Below, in pieces: positions 37,887 through 49,098 of a stretch of DNA of 64,000 bases (the first letter of the stretch is position 1; the number at the start of each line of letters is the position of its first letter). Source of the stretch: an uncultured bacterium (GTDB taxonomy: Bacteria; CSSED10-310; CAZUFC01); contig CAZUFC010000023.1 of the NCBI GenBank assembly GCA_964619725.1, forward strand, positions 14,487 through 78,486, read 5' to 3'. The translations under genes were made by a program, and so were the position numbers. The notes beneath the pieces were generated by a model. The model ran no database searches, had not been told where the DNA came from, and saw nothing but the letters and a program-made list of their open reading frames with translations.

Positions 37887-39008
37887 ATGGAACAAAAATT
37901 CCCTTTGGATTTAAAAACATTGCAAAAGGTTCTGGATTATCTGAATGAGGGCGTGTACATCACTGATCTGAAACGCCGGATAATGCTTTGGAACAAAAAA
38001 GCGGAACAAATAACAGGCTATTCGCAGGAAGAGGTGGTCGGGCGTCCCTGCAGCGCCTCTATTTTGAGTCATGTCGACAGTGCAGGAAGAAATATGTGCG
38101 TTACGCAATACTGCCCTCTTTACCGGACGATGGTCACTCAGAAGGCGGGCCGCACGCCGGGCGTTTTATATGCCATGACTGCAGACAGGGGGCGCATACC
38201 GTTGAGCATATCGGTAGCTCCGCTGCATGATGAAAAAGGCAACGTGATCGGAGGAATAGAGATTTTTCGCGACGAATCGGAATTTATCAGGGATTTGGAA
38301 TTCGCTCGCAAGATACAGCAAAGCCTCTTGCCGTCTGAAACTCCGAACGCGGAAGCATGCCTGATCTCCGTGTTTTATTTGAGTCATGATATGGTCGGCG
38401 GGGATTTCTATGAATTTTTCGATATAGGGCCGGACGAAAAGGGCATATTAATCGCTGACGTCAGAGGACATGGTATCAGCGCTTCACTTTATACGACCGT
38501 ATTAAAGACTATATGCCGCAATTTCCTGGAGTCTGCCTCCAGACCGGCAGACTTTTTGACGAAGGCGAACCATTTTCTGTCAGACATCATTATGGATGAG
38601 GTCTTCGCCACTGCCGTATTCCTGGTTCTCGACGGAAAGCTCAGTCAAATCAGGTATGCTGTGGCCGGCAATCCTCCGCCCTTGAAAATATCTCCTCAAG
38701 GCATTGCCGAGCCTTTGCAGAAAGGCGGAATGCCGTTGGGTTTCCTTAAAAACGAAAAATACAAGGAATTTCAAAGCGCTGTCGAAAAAGACGAAGTCAT
38801 CTTGCTTTATACGGACGGCGCTTCGGAAGTCCCCGGTGAAGACGGCGGATTTTTAGGAGATGATGGTTTGGCGAAAATGGCTGCAGCCGTGGATTGGAAT
38901 AAAGGAGAGCAGGCACTGAAAGACCTGTATGATTCCCTCCTGGAATATTGTACGGACATTCACCTTCCAGATGATATTCTGCTCATTGCATGCCGAAAAC
39001 AAAAATAA
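37887..39008 (+). CDS. PAS domain + SpoIIE/RsbU-type PP2C phosphatase
   Basis: N..AEQITGYS.EEV.G PAS motif; ARKIQQSLLP, VGGDFY, ADVRGHG, LYTDG and DDI motifs. Confidence 0.92.
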   Translation: MEQKFPLDLKTLQKVLDYLNEGVYITDLKRRIMLWNKKAEQITGYSQEEVVGRPCSASILSHVDSAGRNMCVTQYCPLYRTMVTQKAGRTPGVLYAMTADRGRIPLSISVAPLHDEKGNVIGGIEIFRDESEFIRDLEFARKIQQSLLPSETPNAEACLISVFYLSHDMVGGDFYEFFDIGPDEKGILIADVRGHGISASLYTTVLKTICRNFLESASRPADFLTKANHFLSDIIMDEVFATAVFLVLDGKLSQIRYAVAGNPPPLKISPQGIAEPLQKGGMPLGFLKNEKYKEFQSAVEKDEVILLYTDGASEVPGEDGGFLGDDGLAKMAAAVDWNKGEQALKDLYDSLLEYCTDIHLPDDILLIACRKQK

Positions 39009-39032
39009 GTTTACTGCGCAGACGGATTCGCC

Positions 39033-39740
39033 TCAGCATCGGTAACTTTCAAGAAACTTTATCCGTTCTCCTTTGGACAGAAAAAGTTTTTCAAACGAAG
39101 ATTTGTGCCTCGTCGCCCTGTCTTCGCTGCCGTGCAAGTCCAGAAAAATCTTTGATATTCTGTAAATGTGAGGCAAGCGGAGGAAATTTTGCAGAGTCCA
39201 GCAGAAATATTCGTAATGATCGGTCTTGAATATAACCCGTCCGTGTTGTTTCAGCATGCCTGCCAGAATCCGAAGAAAAGGCAAATCGAAGATGCGGTTC
39301 TTGCGATGGCTTCTTTTCCGCCAGGGATCGGGAAACACAGCGTAGAATCCCGATAACTCCCTTTCAGCAAAAAGCATGGGCAGCCATTGCAGGCTTCCCG
39401 ATACCAGCCTGACGTTACGCAATCCTTTTCTGCTTATCCTTTTGGCTGCGCGGTAAATATCCCCGTGACTCCAGTCGAGGCCGATAAAATTCTTTTCGCT
39501 TTCAGTCTTCGCCAGCTTGGCCAGAAATACGCCTGTTCCGCAGCCTGCATCGATAATCAGAGGAGTGTCATCAGGGCTGTTGAAAACTTCCCGGTTCCAT
39601 TTTTTTTTCAGATTAAAACAATCAGTACCGAATAATGCCGTATCGGAGTATTCTTTTAATCGTCGAGCATAAGGATTCCGGTCTCGTGAGAGAATGATAC
39701 GTTCAAGCTGATCTTCGGGAATATGGCAGCGGGTTTTCAT
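39033..39740 (-). CDS. trmB: tRNA (guanine-N7)-methyltransferase
   Basis: DAGCGTG, NFIGLD, FPDPW.K.SH.K.R, KTD and FE motifs. Confidence 0.88.
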   Translation of the reverse strand: MKTRCHIPEDQLERIILSRDRNPYARRLKEYSDTALFGTDCFNLKKKWNREVFNSPDDTPLIIDAGCGTGVFLAKLAKTESEKNFIGLDWSHGDIYRAAKRISRKGLRNVRLVSGSLQWLPMLFAERELSGFYAVFPDPWRKRSHRKNRIFDLPFLRILAGMLKQHGRVIFKTDHYEYFCWTLQNFLRLPHIYRISKIFLDLHGSEDRATRHKSSFEKLFLSKGERIKFLESYRC

Positions 39741-39746
39741 TACCGC

Positions 39747-39789
39747 AAAAAAAATCCGGACTTCACTGCCGTGAAGTCCGGATTTTTTT
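39747..39789. terminator. Strong hairpin terminator (A-tract/T-tract, potentially bidirectional)
   Basis: AAAAAAATCCGGACTTCAC-TGCC-GTGAAGTCCGGATTTTTTT. Confidence 0.85.
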
Positions 39790-39794
39790 GAATG

Positions 39795-41120
39795 TCATAT
39801 CTTGTTGAAGGTCTCGTCGAATTCCAGACCCAGATTCACTAATTCTTCCAGGATGACGTCGTAAATCTCAGGATAAACCGGAATCTTTACGCCTTTGATA
39901 TCGATTTTGCCTTCAAGTATCATTCTGACGGCCACGGCTGCGGGCATGCTGACGGTAAGGGCCATGGCCGAATGACCATTAGGATCGCCGTAAGAAATGA
40001 GCGTCGAGGTTATTTTTTCATTGGGCTGATCATTGTATTCCGCAAGAAACTCATGATGAAGAACTATCATGTCTCTTTCGTTTTCGCCGTATTCCAGTTT
40101 CTCGGCCAGTAAAAGCGTCAGCACATCGGCCGCGGTTCCTTTTTCCAGCCCCATTGGTTTGTCGTCGAAGAATCCTAGCCAGTCCAGCCGATAAATGCAG
40201 TCGTCTTTCTCATCGATATGGAGCTTGGCGGCCAACTGGCTTTTTATGCCTGTTTCAGGCAAGTCCGGATGCAGTTTTCTCAGAAAATCCAAAGGAGACA
40301 ATCCTGATAAATCATGCATATCGTCATCGTTGACGTAACCCAGCTTCGACAATTGCTTCCAGGTGTGACACCAGCCGGGATAACGGAAGGTTCCTCTGAA
40401 AATGGAGCGCGTTTCCCCGATATCATAAAGATCGATGTAGGGTAAAGAATTCCTGTTGGGATAATATTCAAGATATCCGATATCGTTAAATTCGATTTTT
40501 CCGGGATTATCGAACAGGTTCGCCGGAGGCGCGTCGATGATTTCGCCCTCTTTCATGAATTTTCCCGGATTGCGGACTGCTCTGACCACCGCTTTCGGGC
40601 TCCATGAAAATTTATAACCCCAGGGTGTCGTTTTAGCGTCAGGCGCCGGCAATCCGCCGCAGTAAGACCAGAAACCGGCCAATTTGCCCCCTTTGGCATG
40701 AACATCGTTAATAATTTTTTTGGCCGACATGTGATCGATCCCCGGGTCCAATCCGCATTCATTAAGGAAAAGAACGCCGGCTTCTTCAGCTTTGTCGTTC
40801 AGGGCATTCATTTCGTCGCTTACGTATGATGTCGTAACCAGATGTTTTTTAAATTGAAGACAAATCTCGGCAACCTTAAGATGTTCAGTCGCCGGCAGCA
40901 AACTTACGACTAAATCATTTCCCGATATCTCCTTTTTTAATCCGTCAACGTCGTCCGACAAAAGGCGTCTGGCGGTCCCCCTGGGATTTCCTCCGATCAG
41001 CTTTTCCGCCTTGCTTACGGTTCTCGTCGCCACCGTTACATGGAAATCGGGTTGCTTCATCAGATAGTCGACTATGGGACCGGCGACCATTCCCGCTCCC
41101 AATATCAAAACTTTTTTCAT
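39795..41120 (-). CDS. Saccharopine dehydrogenase (SDH/Lys9-like)
   Basis: LILGAGMV, VVSLLP, LNECGLDPGIDHMSA, SYCGGLPAP, YKFSWSP, PNRNSL and RGTFRYPG motifs. Confidence 0.95.
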   Translation of the reverse strand: MKKVLILGAGMVAGPIVDYLMKQPDFHVTVATRTVSKAEKLIGGNPRGTARRLLSDDVDGLKKEISGNDLVVSLLPATEHLKVAEICLQFKKHLVTTSYVSDEMNALNDKAEEAGVLFLNECGLDPGIDHMSAKKIINDVHAKGGKLAGFWSYCGGLPAPDAKTTPWGYKFSWSPKAVVRAVRNPGKFMKEGEIIDAPPANLFDNPGKIEFNDIGYLEYYPNRNSLPYIDLYDIGETRSIFRGTFRYPGWCHTWKQLSKLGYVNDDDMHDLSGLSPLDFLRKLHPDLPETGIKSQLAAKLHIDEKDDCIYRLDWLGFFDDKPMGLEKGTAADVLTLLLAEKLEYGENERDMIVLHHEFLAEYNDQPNEKITSTLISYGDPNGHSAMALTVSMPAAVAVRMILEGKIDIKGVKIPVYPEIYDVILEELVNLGLEFDETFNKI

Positions 41121-41278
41121 GGTTTGCACTCTCCTGAGAAAAATTATTAACAACGGAAAGCCGGCGGCTTACCTTTAAGAATTGCGCAACCTAACAGACC
41201 ACATTCTAAAAGTCAATTTTTTTTCTGTTCAAAACAGTGAATTTTATTTTGATCCTTTTCCAACGCTTTTTTCGGGAC

Positions 41279-41420
41279 TGATCAAACCGGGGTTACACTT
41301 CTTCCAAAACTTTTGACAGTTGTTTCAGTAATCGGAGTCGGGATCGCAATCGCAATTGAAACAAAATGATGAGCAATTCTTCCGATTTGTAACCTCAAAA
41401 GAGGCTTTTTTGATCAATGC
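41279..41420 (-). repeat. Dispersed MITE-like repeat, family A copy 2
   Basis: Terminal TGATCAAA/TTTGATCA and subterminal GGTTACA/TGTAACC inverted repeats. About 100 bp is homologous to 16025-16127. Confidence 0.8.
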
Positions 41421-41485
41421 CCTTTTTTCAATTGCCGTTAATAGCGATAACTCTCGTCAGTCAATCAGTTATCAATCCTCACCGA

Positions 41486-42805
41486 TTATTGCTGCAAAAA
41501 GTTGTGCAGATATTTATACTCAGAAGTCAGCTCGCCGCGATAGACGATTACGGCTCTTTTGATCTCCGGAGGCAATTCAAGCTCTTCAAACGTCCCCTTA
41601 TACTCAGATTCAGCAATAGCGGGAATGAAAGGCTTCAACGCACTACTGAAGTCTTCCGAAGCCTCCCGGGAAAGCTCGCAAGGCAGGTTGTCCACGGCAA
41701 GAATAGCCGGCCAGGCGCCCTTTGTCCCATACGTCAGTTTCTCCTCAATTGGATCGTAAACATATACCGGTTTGCCGGGGTCGGTCGTTTTCTTCGTCGG
41801 TTCTATCGCTCCCTCCACATCGCAGCTTATGTCCCCGATGACTTTCAACTTCAGACTGCCGCTCTCATGATAAAGCCGGCGCAACATTTCATCGCTGATT
41901 AACCTGGGATACTTTTCTTCCCAGTATATGCAGTTGAGCAGCATAGTGAGATGAGGAACGTATTTTCCAAAAATAGCCCTGTACCTTTCCGGATGATCGT
42001 AGTATTCCTGGAGGTCGAAACTTTTTTCTACAGAAAGCGGTTCGACAATGTCCTTTTCCTTGAAAACCGTTTTATAAATTTTTCTGTTCGATAAACTTTT
42101 TCCGGCAAGTCCACGGATCAGTTCCTGAGGCTCGACGGTTTCGTGAGGGAGCAAATCGAAAATTTCCTGAGCTCCTGCAGACACGTTGCCGTAACCTGCG
42201 AAACCGACCGTCAGGGGGTGGAGCATATCCGGCAAGCCTTCATCGGCGATTTTCTCGCCCACTTCTTTTATCGTATCTTCAGCCGCTGTCAGGTCAGCAA
42301 ATTGATATGCCTGGCTTACGCTTTCAAAAGGAGTTGCGACGTTTTCACCTTTCAGTTTTTCTCCGAAGGCCCATAGGGAATCGATCATACCCGCCAAACC
42401 CGCAAAGCGTCCGAAAGATATGATTCGATTGCCTGATTCGGTTACTATCCTTTCATAATCTATCAGGGTGCAATTCAGCTCGATCAATTTTCTCAGCATG
42501 CCCATGTTGTATGACTGTCCTTTTATGACATGCGAAAAATACATGTAATTCATGCCGGAACTTAAAAAATCGACCGGCATCTCTTTTACGCCCAGAATAA
42601 TCCGGCAATCATTTAAATCTTCGGTTATTACGGCGCCCGATTCTCGAAACTCGTCATCGGAAAATATCCGATTCTCAGAGGGCTGAACCGCCACGTCTAT
42701 GCATTCTGTCCCGGTAATTTTCTTGATATGCTCAGGAACAAGAGGCGTTCTTTTTTCCCATATGTTTTTATCTTCTCTCCTGATACCGATTTTTATTCTC
42801 CTCAT
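41486..42805 (-). CDS. Lysine-ketoglutarate reductase-like protein (AlaDH/PNT fold; LKR half of AASS)
   Basis: IGIRREDKNIWEKRTPL.P, GVKE.P, FSHVIKGQ.YNM, LIDYE, FG.FAG.AG, GNVSAGA, DISCD..G.IE and VDNLP.EL..EAS..FS motifs. Confidence 0.9.
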   Translation of the reverse strand: MRRIKIGIRREDKNIWEKRTPLVPEHIKKITGTECIDVAVQPSENRIFSDDEFRESGAVITEDLNDCRIILGVKEMPVDFLSSGMNYMYFSHVIKGQSYNMGMLRKLIELNCTLIDYERIVTESGNRIISFGRFAGLAGMIDSLWAFGEKLKGENVATPFESVSQAYQFADLTAAEDTIKEVGEKIADEGLPDMLHPLTVGFAGYGNVSAGAQEIFDLLPHETVEPQELIRGLAGKSLSNRKIYKTVFKEKDIVEPLSVEKSFDLQEYYDHPERYRAIFGKYVPHLTMLLNCIYWEEKYPRLISDEMLRRLYHESGSLKLKVIGDISCDVEGAIEPTKKTTDPGKPVYVYDPIEEKLTYGTKGAWPAILAVDNLPCELSREASEDFSSALKPFIPAIAESEYKGTFEELELPPEIKRAVIVYRGELTSEYKYLHNFLQQ

Positions 42806-43161
42806 GCCATTTCTCCTTGATTGATCATTACCTTCCGGCTTTTTCCATTTCACGGATTCCTGACGCAGCAAAGGACTGATTCAGAGCATGTCGGACGGAA
42901 TCCGCCGGCGCTTTCAGTGCAACGCATGAGCGATATTAGGGTTTGTGAGCGTGCATTTCAAGTATAAATTGCGGCGGATTCGACGAGGCGTTATTTCTGA
43001 ATGGGGATTCCGTGGGGAAAACGCAGGCCGGTTCAAGGTTCCATACTGTCTAATATCGAATCTGAAGGCGGATTCAGCGAAAATCACTTTGCTTTACAAT
43101 TTTTTTAAGCTATAGTAAACTGATTCTGGTACGTCTTCAGTATGGAAGGAGGATAAAAGTA

Positions 43162-43911
43162 ATGTCTGGACACTCCAAATGGCACTCGATCAAACATAAA
43201 AAAGCCTCGGCGGATGCCAAACGGGGTAAAATATTTACCCGGTTGATCAAGGAAATAAGCGTTGCTGCGAGGATCGGCGGAGGTAATTTATCGGATAATC
43301 CGCGTTTACGCGTAGCGGTGGATAAGGCCAAGGCCGCCAACATGCCCAAGGACAACATCGAGAGAGCCATTAAAAAAGGTACGGGAGAACTGCCCGGCGT
43401 CACTTATGAGGAAGTGACTTACGAGGGATATGGCCCCGGCGGAGTAGCTGTTCTGGTTGAGAGCATGACGGACAACAAGAATCGCACCGTATCCGATATG
43501 AGATATGTGTTTTCCAAGCGCGGCGGGGAACTCGGTAAAGCCGGCTGCGTGGCGTGGATGTTCGAGAAAAAAGGGGTCATAGTGGTTGAAGGGGAAGGCG
43601 TCGAGGAAGACGAGTTGATGGATGTGATATTGGAAGCGGGCGCAGAAGACATGCAAAGCGACGATTCGACTTTTGAGATAACTACGAGCCTGGAAGATTT
43701 TGAAAGCGTGAAGGAGGCAGTGGAAAAGGCCGGTTACAAAATCTCCCTGGCAGAAATCAACTATGTTCCTCAGAACGACGTCAAACTGGAAGGAAAGAAA
43801 GCGGAACAAATGCTCAAACTTATGGAAGAACTCGAAGAGCATGACGACGTTCAGAACGTTTCGGCCAATTTTGATATCCCCGAGGAAATAATAGAAAAAG
43901 TCGGAAGCTGA
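43162..43911 (+). CDS. yebC: YebC/PmpR family protein
   Basis: [29 protein letters not shown] and DDVQNV motifs. Confidence 0.97.
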   Translation: MSGHSKWHSIKHKKASADAKRGKIFTRLIKEISVAARIGGGNLSDNPRLRVAVDKAKAANMPKDNIERAIKKGTGELPGVTYEEVTYEGYGPGGVAVLVESMTDNKNRTVSDMRYVFSKRGGELGKAGCVAWMFEKKGVIVVEGEGVEEDELMDVILEAGAEDMQSDDSTFEITTSLEDFESVKEAVEKAGYKISLAEINYVPQNDVKLEGKKAEQMLKLMEELEEHDDVQNVSANFDIPEEIIEKVGS

Positions 43912-43997
43912 TCAGATAATGGGGCATTCGGAGAATACCGAATTTTACCTGTTAGTTTTGCTTCGATCACAGGGACCGGTCTGATTGCCGGACCGGT

Positions 43998-44531
43998 ATG
44001 CGATATATGCCGCAGCCGAAAGCACGGAAACTAAGAATAGCAGGCGTGGACCCCGGATTGAGCGTCACTGGATATGGAGTGATCGACTGGATTGACGAAA
44101 ATCGTCCGGAACTCGTCAGATACGGCGTTATTCGCTCGCCCGCCAAAACACCTCTTTCCAGAAGACTGTACAAACTTTACGAATCTTTTTGCGAGGTTCT
44201 GAGCGAGTTAACGCCCGATCTGGTCGCCGTGGAAGATACTTTTCATCATTGCAACATAAAATCCGCCATGAAGCTGGGGCAGGCACGCGGCGTCATTCTC
44301 CTGGCGGCTGCAGGAGCGGGAATAAAAGTGATTCATTACTCGCCGCTTCAGATTAAGCAATCACTGGTCGGGTACGGCAGAGCAGAAAAGGATCAGGTGC
44401 AATTCATGGTGAAAAGGCTTCTGGCTATTAACGATAAAAATGTTTCAAGCGACGCTTCGGATGCATTGGCTGCAGCGCTTTGTCACGCTCATTCCCTTAA
44501 ATTCAGAAACATGGTGGAGAAGCAGATGTGA
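43998..44531 (+). CDS. ruvC: Holliday junction resolvase
   Basis: GVDPG...TGYG, VE..F, LGQARG, GYGRAEK.QV and DASDALA motifs. Confidence 0.96.
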   Translation: MRYMPQPKARKLRIAGVDPGLSVTGYGVIDWIDENRPELVRYGVIRSPAKTPLSRRLYKLYESFCEVLSELTPDLVAVEDTFHHCNIKSAMKLGQARGVILLAAAGAGIKVIHYSPLQIKQSLVGYGRAEKDQVQFMVKRLLAINDKNVSSDASDALAAALCHAHSLKFRNMVEKQM

Positions 44532-45154
44532 TTTCATTTCTCAAAGGAACGATTCATGACAAAACGCCTCGCTTCGTCACCATTCTGTGCAACGGCGTAG
44601 GATGGCACGCCGAAATACCGCTTTCCACCTATTCGGGGTTGCCCGGCATAGGAGAGCAGGCGGAGTTGAGAATAGTCACCATAATGAAAGATGACGGCAT
44701 ACGTTTGTTCGGTTTTTCCGATCAGAGGGAAGAGGAACTCTTCAGGATTTTGATAGGCGTTTCCAAAATAGGACCCCGGCTGGCTTTGAACATACTGTCA
44801 GGTATTCCATCAGATCAACTGATCGATGCCGTTTTGCAGAAAGACGTCCATCGTCTCGTTTCCATTCCGGGAATCGGGAAAAAAAGCGCCGAGAGACTGA
44901 TCCTGGAATGCCGGGAAAAAATAGAAGCGCTTGGAGCGCTCTCTGGAGCGTGCGATGATTCCTTCAATCCGTACGCAGGCAAATTGAATTCTGAAGAGGA
45001 AATAGCCGTTTCAGCTCTGGAGAGTCTCGGTTTTAAGAAAGCCGAAGCCTCTCGTTATGTGAAGGCAGCGTTAATGGAGAGCCGGGAAGGGCAGGTCAGC
45101 GAACAGGAGCTGATACGTTCGGCTCTGAGAAAAGCCACGAAAACCAAGGCATAG
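44528..45154 (+). CDS. ruvA: Holliday junction branch migration protein
   Basis: MISFLKG, LFGF, HhH motifs IGPRLA and IPGIGKKSAERL, ALESLGF; operon context. Confidence 0.95.
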   Translation: MISFLKGTIHDKTPRFVTILCNGVGWHAEIPLSTYSGLPGIGEQAELRIVTIMKDDGIRLFGFSDQREEELFRILIGVSKIGPRLALNILSGIPSDQLIDAVLQKDVHRLVSIPGIGKKSAERLILECREKIEALGALSGACDDSFNPYAGKLNSEEEIAVSALESLGFKKAEASRYVKAALMESREGQVSEQELIRSALRKATKTKA

Positions 45155-45192
45155 GACTATATTTTTAAAGATGATAATCTCCGGAGAAGGCT

Positions 45193-46209
45193 GTGAACAG
45201 GATTACGAATTCCGAGAAAATTGAAGAGGACAAGAAATTTGAATCGCTGCGTCCGGAAAGTCTGGACGAATACATCGGTCAGGATAGCATCAAGAGAAAA
45301 CTGCGAATTTTCATAAAAGCGGCGCGACAGAGGGACGAAGCGTTGGATCATGTGTTATTTCACGGTCCTCCCGGATTAGGAAAAACCACTCTGGCGGTCA
45401 TCATCGCCGCTGAAATGGGCGTGACGCTCAATACGACTTCCGGCCCGGCCTTGGAGCGTCCGGGCGATATCGCCGCCATCCTCACCAACATTCAGCGTTC
45501 AGGGACACTGTTTATCGATGAGATACATAGATTGCCCCGCATAGTTGAGGAGAAGCTGTATCCCGCCATGGAGGATTTTCAGTTGGATATCGTGATCGGA
45601 CAGGGGCCGGCAGCCAAGATAATACCTCTGAAGCTGGACAAATTTACGCTCATAGGAGCAACCACGAGATTCGGCGCAGTCAGTTCGCCTATGAGGGATC
45701 GATTCGGGGTCGTATGCCGGTTGGATTTTTATCCTGCAGAGGATATTTATCTGATAATAAAACGGTCAGCGAAAATTCTGAATCTGAAGATCGATGATAA
45801 CGGCTGTATGGAAATCGCCAGGAGAAGCCGGGGTACCCCCAGGATCGCCAACAGACTGTTGCGAAGGGTCAGGGACTTTGCCGAGGTGGAAGGCGACGGA
45901 AGAATTACAGCTAAAGTCGCTGATGCCGCTCTGAAAATGCTTGAAATAGACGGCAAAGGGCTGGATTCCATGGACCGGAAATTGCTCCAGATAATTCATC
46001 ACAATTTCGCCGGCGGTCCGGTAGGGCTCGATACTCTGGCCGCAGCCATGAGCGAAAGCAGAGACACTATCGAGGATGTATACGAGCCTTTCCTGATCCA
46101 GATCGGCTTTCTGGAAAAAACTCCAAGGGGAAGAAAAGCCACTCCCGCAGCCGCCGTGCATCTGGGCGAAACCGTAAAAACGAAAAAAGAGGGGTCGCTC
46201 GGCTTATGA
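45193..46209 (+). CDS. ruvB: Holliday junction DNA helicase
   Basis: [47 protein letters not shown] and EPFL motifs. Confidence 0.98.
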   Translation: MNRITNSEKIEEDKKFESLRPESLDEYIGQDSIKRKLRIFIKAARQRDEALDHVLFHGPPGLGKTTLAVIIAAEMGVTLNTTSGPALERPGDIAAILTNIQRSGTLFIDEIHRLPRIVEEKLYPAMEDFQLDIVIGQGPAAKIIPLKLDKFTLIGATTRFGAVSSPMRDRFGVVCRLDFYPAEDIYLIIKRSAKILNLKIDDNGCMEIARRSRGTPRIANRLLRRVRDFAEVEGDGRITAKVADAALKMLEIDGKGLDSMDRKLLQIIHHNFAGGPVGLDTLAAAMSESRDTIEDVYEPFLIQIGFLEKTPRGRKATPAAAVHLGETVKTKKEGSLGL

Positions 46210-46287
46210 AGGATGCGGGAAGCCTGATGGTCAGGCGTTTGCGCAGGGCTCTGACTCCATTCTCGACTCCAGTTTCCGAGTTTTAAA

Positions 46288-46421
46288 TCCATAAACGAGT
46301 CAAATTTTTTTTAATGTCAGGAAGCCCAGGATTCGTGATGAAGGCGCATTGCTTTAACGTTGAATGAGCCAAGCCGCAGCATGATGCTGCATTCGGGGAC
46401 ATTTGCGGTTTATGGACAAAA
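46288..46421. repeat. MITE-like element, family B (TCCATAAAC ... GTTTATGGACAAAA)
   Basis: Inverted ends enclose ~134 bp. The right end is the exact reverse complement of 63975-63988. Confidence 0.55.
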
Positions 46422-46470
46422 GCTGAGCTGTATGTTATAAAGCCCATTGCTTTGTTGAGGAAGCCGAGTC

Positions 46471-47511
46471 ATGAAAGTCAGCGAATTTGATTATGAACTT
46501 CCGAAAGAGTTGATAGCGCAGAGACCGGTCCAGAAGCGGGATGAATCTCGTTTGCTGGTTTACCGCCGGCGTACTGGTCAGGCGGAGCACCTTTTTTTTC
46601 ATGATATTGCGGAATTTTTGCATCCCGGAGAGGCGCTTGTGTTGAACAACACAAAAGTGATGCCTGTGAACGTAAGGTGTTTCAAAAAGCAGACGGGCGG
46701 CAAAATTGATCTTCTTTTTTTGAAGCAGGACGATATCCTTACGTGGACAGCGATGGCGCGACCGGCATCGCGAGTCAAGCCGGGGACTATCCTGACGTTC
46801 GGGAAGGGTGAGGTGGAGGCAGAAGCGGTTGGAAGATCGGGAACTGACGTTAAAATAAGATTTTCCGGTGAAATAGAGGCTGATTCCTTTTTCAGCAAAT
46901 ACGGTAATGTTCCTCTGCCCCCTTACATAAAAAGAAAAGACAATATTTCCAATGATGAAGATTTCACCAGGTATCAGACTATCTATGCGAAGCATCCGGG
47001 CGCGGCCGCCGCTCCCACTGCAGGACTTCATTTTACGCGAGAGCTGCTGGAAGAAATACGCTCCAGGGGCGTTCACATTTTTGAAGTGACCCTTCATGTG
47101 GGGCGCGGCACTTTCAAGCCTGTATCCGTCGAATATATCGACGATTGGCGCATGGAAGAAGAAGAATATGAGATTGATGATGAAACGGCGGCCGGATTAA
47201 ACGCCGCTTTGAAAGAAAACAGGCGCATAACGGCTGTTGGAACCACTGCCGTGAGAACGTTGGAATCCGCTTACTCCGAAAACCGCAGCATGATAAGGCC
47301 GGGAAGGAGGAAAACGGGCCTGTTTATTCGTCCGCCTTTCAAATTCAATGTCACCGGCGCTCTTGTCACCAATTTTCATCTTCCCTGTTCCACCCTTTTA
47401 ATGATGGTTTCCGCTTTGGCCGGCAGGGAAAATATGCTAGCCGCTTACCGGGAGGCCGTGAGGAAAAGATATCGGTTTTACAGTTACGGCGATGCCATGC
47501 TCATCGTTTGA
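46471..47511 (+). CDS. queA: S-adenosylmethionine:tRNA ribosyltransferase-isomerase
   Basis: FDYELP.ELIAQ, PLPPYIKR, YQT.YA..PGAAAAPTAGLHF, TNFHLP and YRFYSYGDAM motifs. Confidence 0.98.
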   Translation: MKVSEFDYELPKELIAQRPVQKRDESRLLVYRRRTGQAEHLFFHDIAEFLHPGEALVLNNTKVMPVNVRCFKKQTGGKIDLLFLKQDDILTWTAMARPASRVKPGTILTFGKGEVEAEAVGRSGTDVKIRFSGEIEADSFFSKYGNVPLPPYIKRKDNISNDEDFTRYQTIYAKHPGAAAAPTAGLHFTRELLEEIRSRGVHIFEVTLHVGRGTFKPVSVEYIDDWRMEEEEYEIDDETAAGLNAALKENRRITAVGTTAVRTLESAYSENRSMIRPGRRKTGLFIRPPFKFNVTGALVTNFHLPCSTLLMMVSALAGRENMLAAYREAVRKRYRFYSYGDAMLIV

Positions 47512-47523
47512 CTCTGAGGATAA

Positions 47524-48648
<1,125 letters not shown>

Positions 48649-48664
48649 AAGGATTTTGATATAT

Positions 48665-49030
48665 ATGAATCAGTTAATCGTGGCCATGATGGGACAACCA
48701 GGAGCCGAACAACCGGGAGGAGGCGGTTCCGCCTTCCTGCTTTTTATTTTTCTCATGTTCGTTATCGTTTATTTCCTGCTTTTGCGCCCTCAGCAAAAAG
48801 AACATCAAAGAAAATTACAAATGATGAGGAATTTGAAAAAGGGCGACGACGTCATTACATCCGGCGGACTGCTTGGCAGAATTTCTTCCATTTCAGGCGA
48901 CGTCGTAACCGTGGACCTCGGCAATAAGGTTAAAGTGAACCTGATGAGGAGCGACATACGCGGGTTGCGGCCGAAGGAGGAGCAGAACAAGGAAGAAAAA
49001 CCCCAAATTGAATCAGGATCGAAAAAATAA
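48665..49030 (+). CDS. yajC: Preprotein translocase subunit YajC
   Basis: TM helix followed by YFLLLRPQ.K and LKKGD.VITSGG; located between tgt and secD. Confidence 0.95.
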   Translation: MNQLIVAMMGQPGAEQPGGGGSAFLLFIFLMFVIVYFLLLRPQQKEHQRKLQMMRNLKKGDDVITSGGLLGRISSISGDVVTVDLGNKVKVNLMRSDIRGLRPKEEQNKEEKPQIESGSKK

Positions 49031-49098
49031 TTGCGGTCTGAACAGGAGGACCGTTATTCGCATCAAAAAGGAATGGGATATATCGAAGGAGCGGTTAG

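Noticed and set aside
41279-41416. Integron attC site
   Set aside because: GTT precedes AAC here, the reverse of attC (RYYYAAC...GTTRRRY), and there is no integrase or cassette array.
42810-43080. Lysine or c-di-AMP riboswitch upstream of the LKR gene
   Set aside because: The minus strand lacks the AGAGG(U/C)GC and AGUA lysine-riboswitch motifs. The CGCTGAATCC start resembles ydaO, but the downstream conserved segments are missing.
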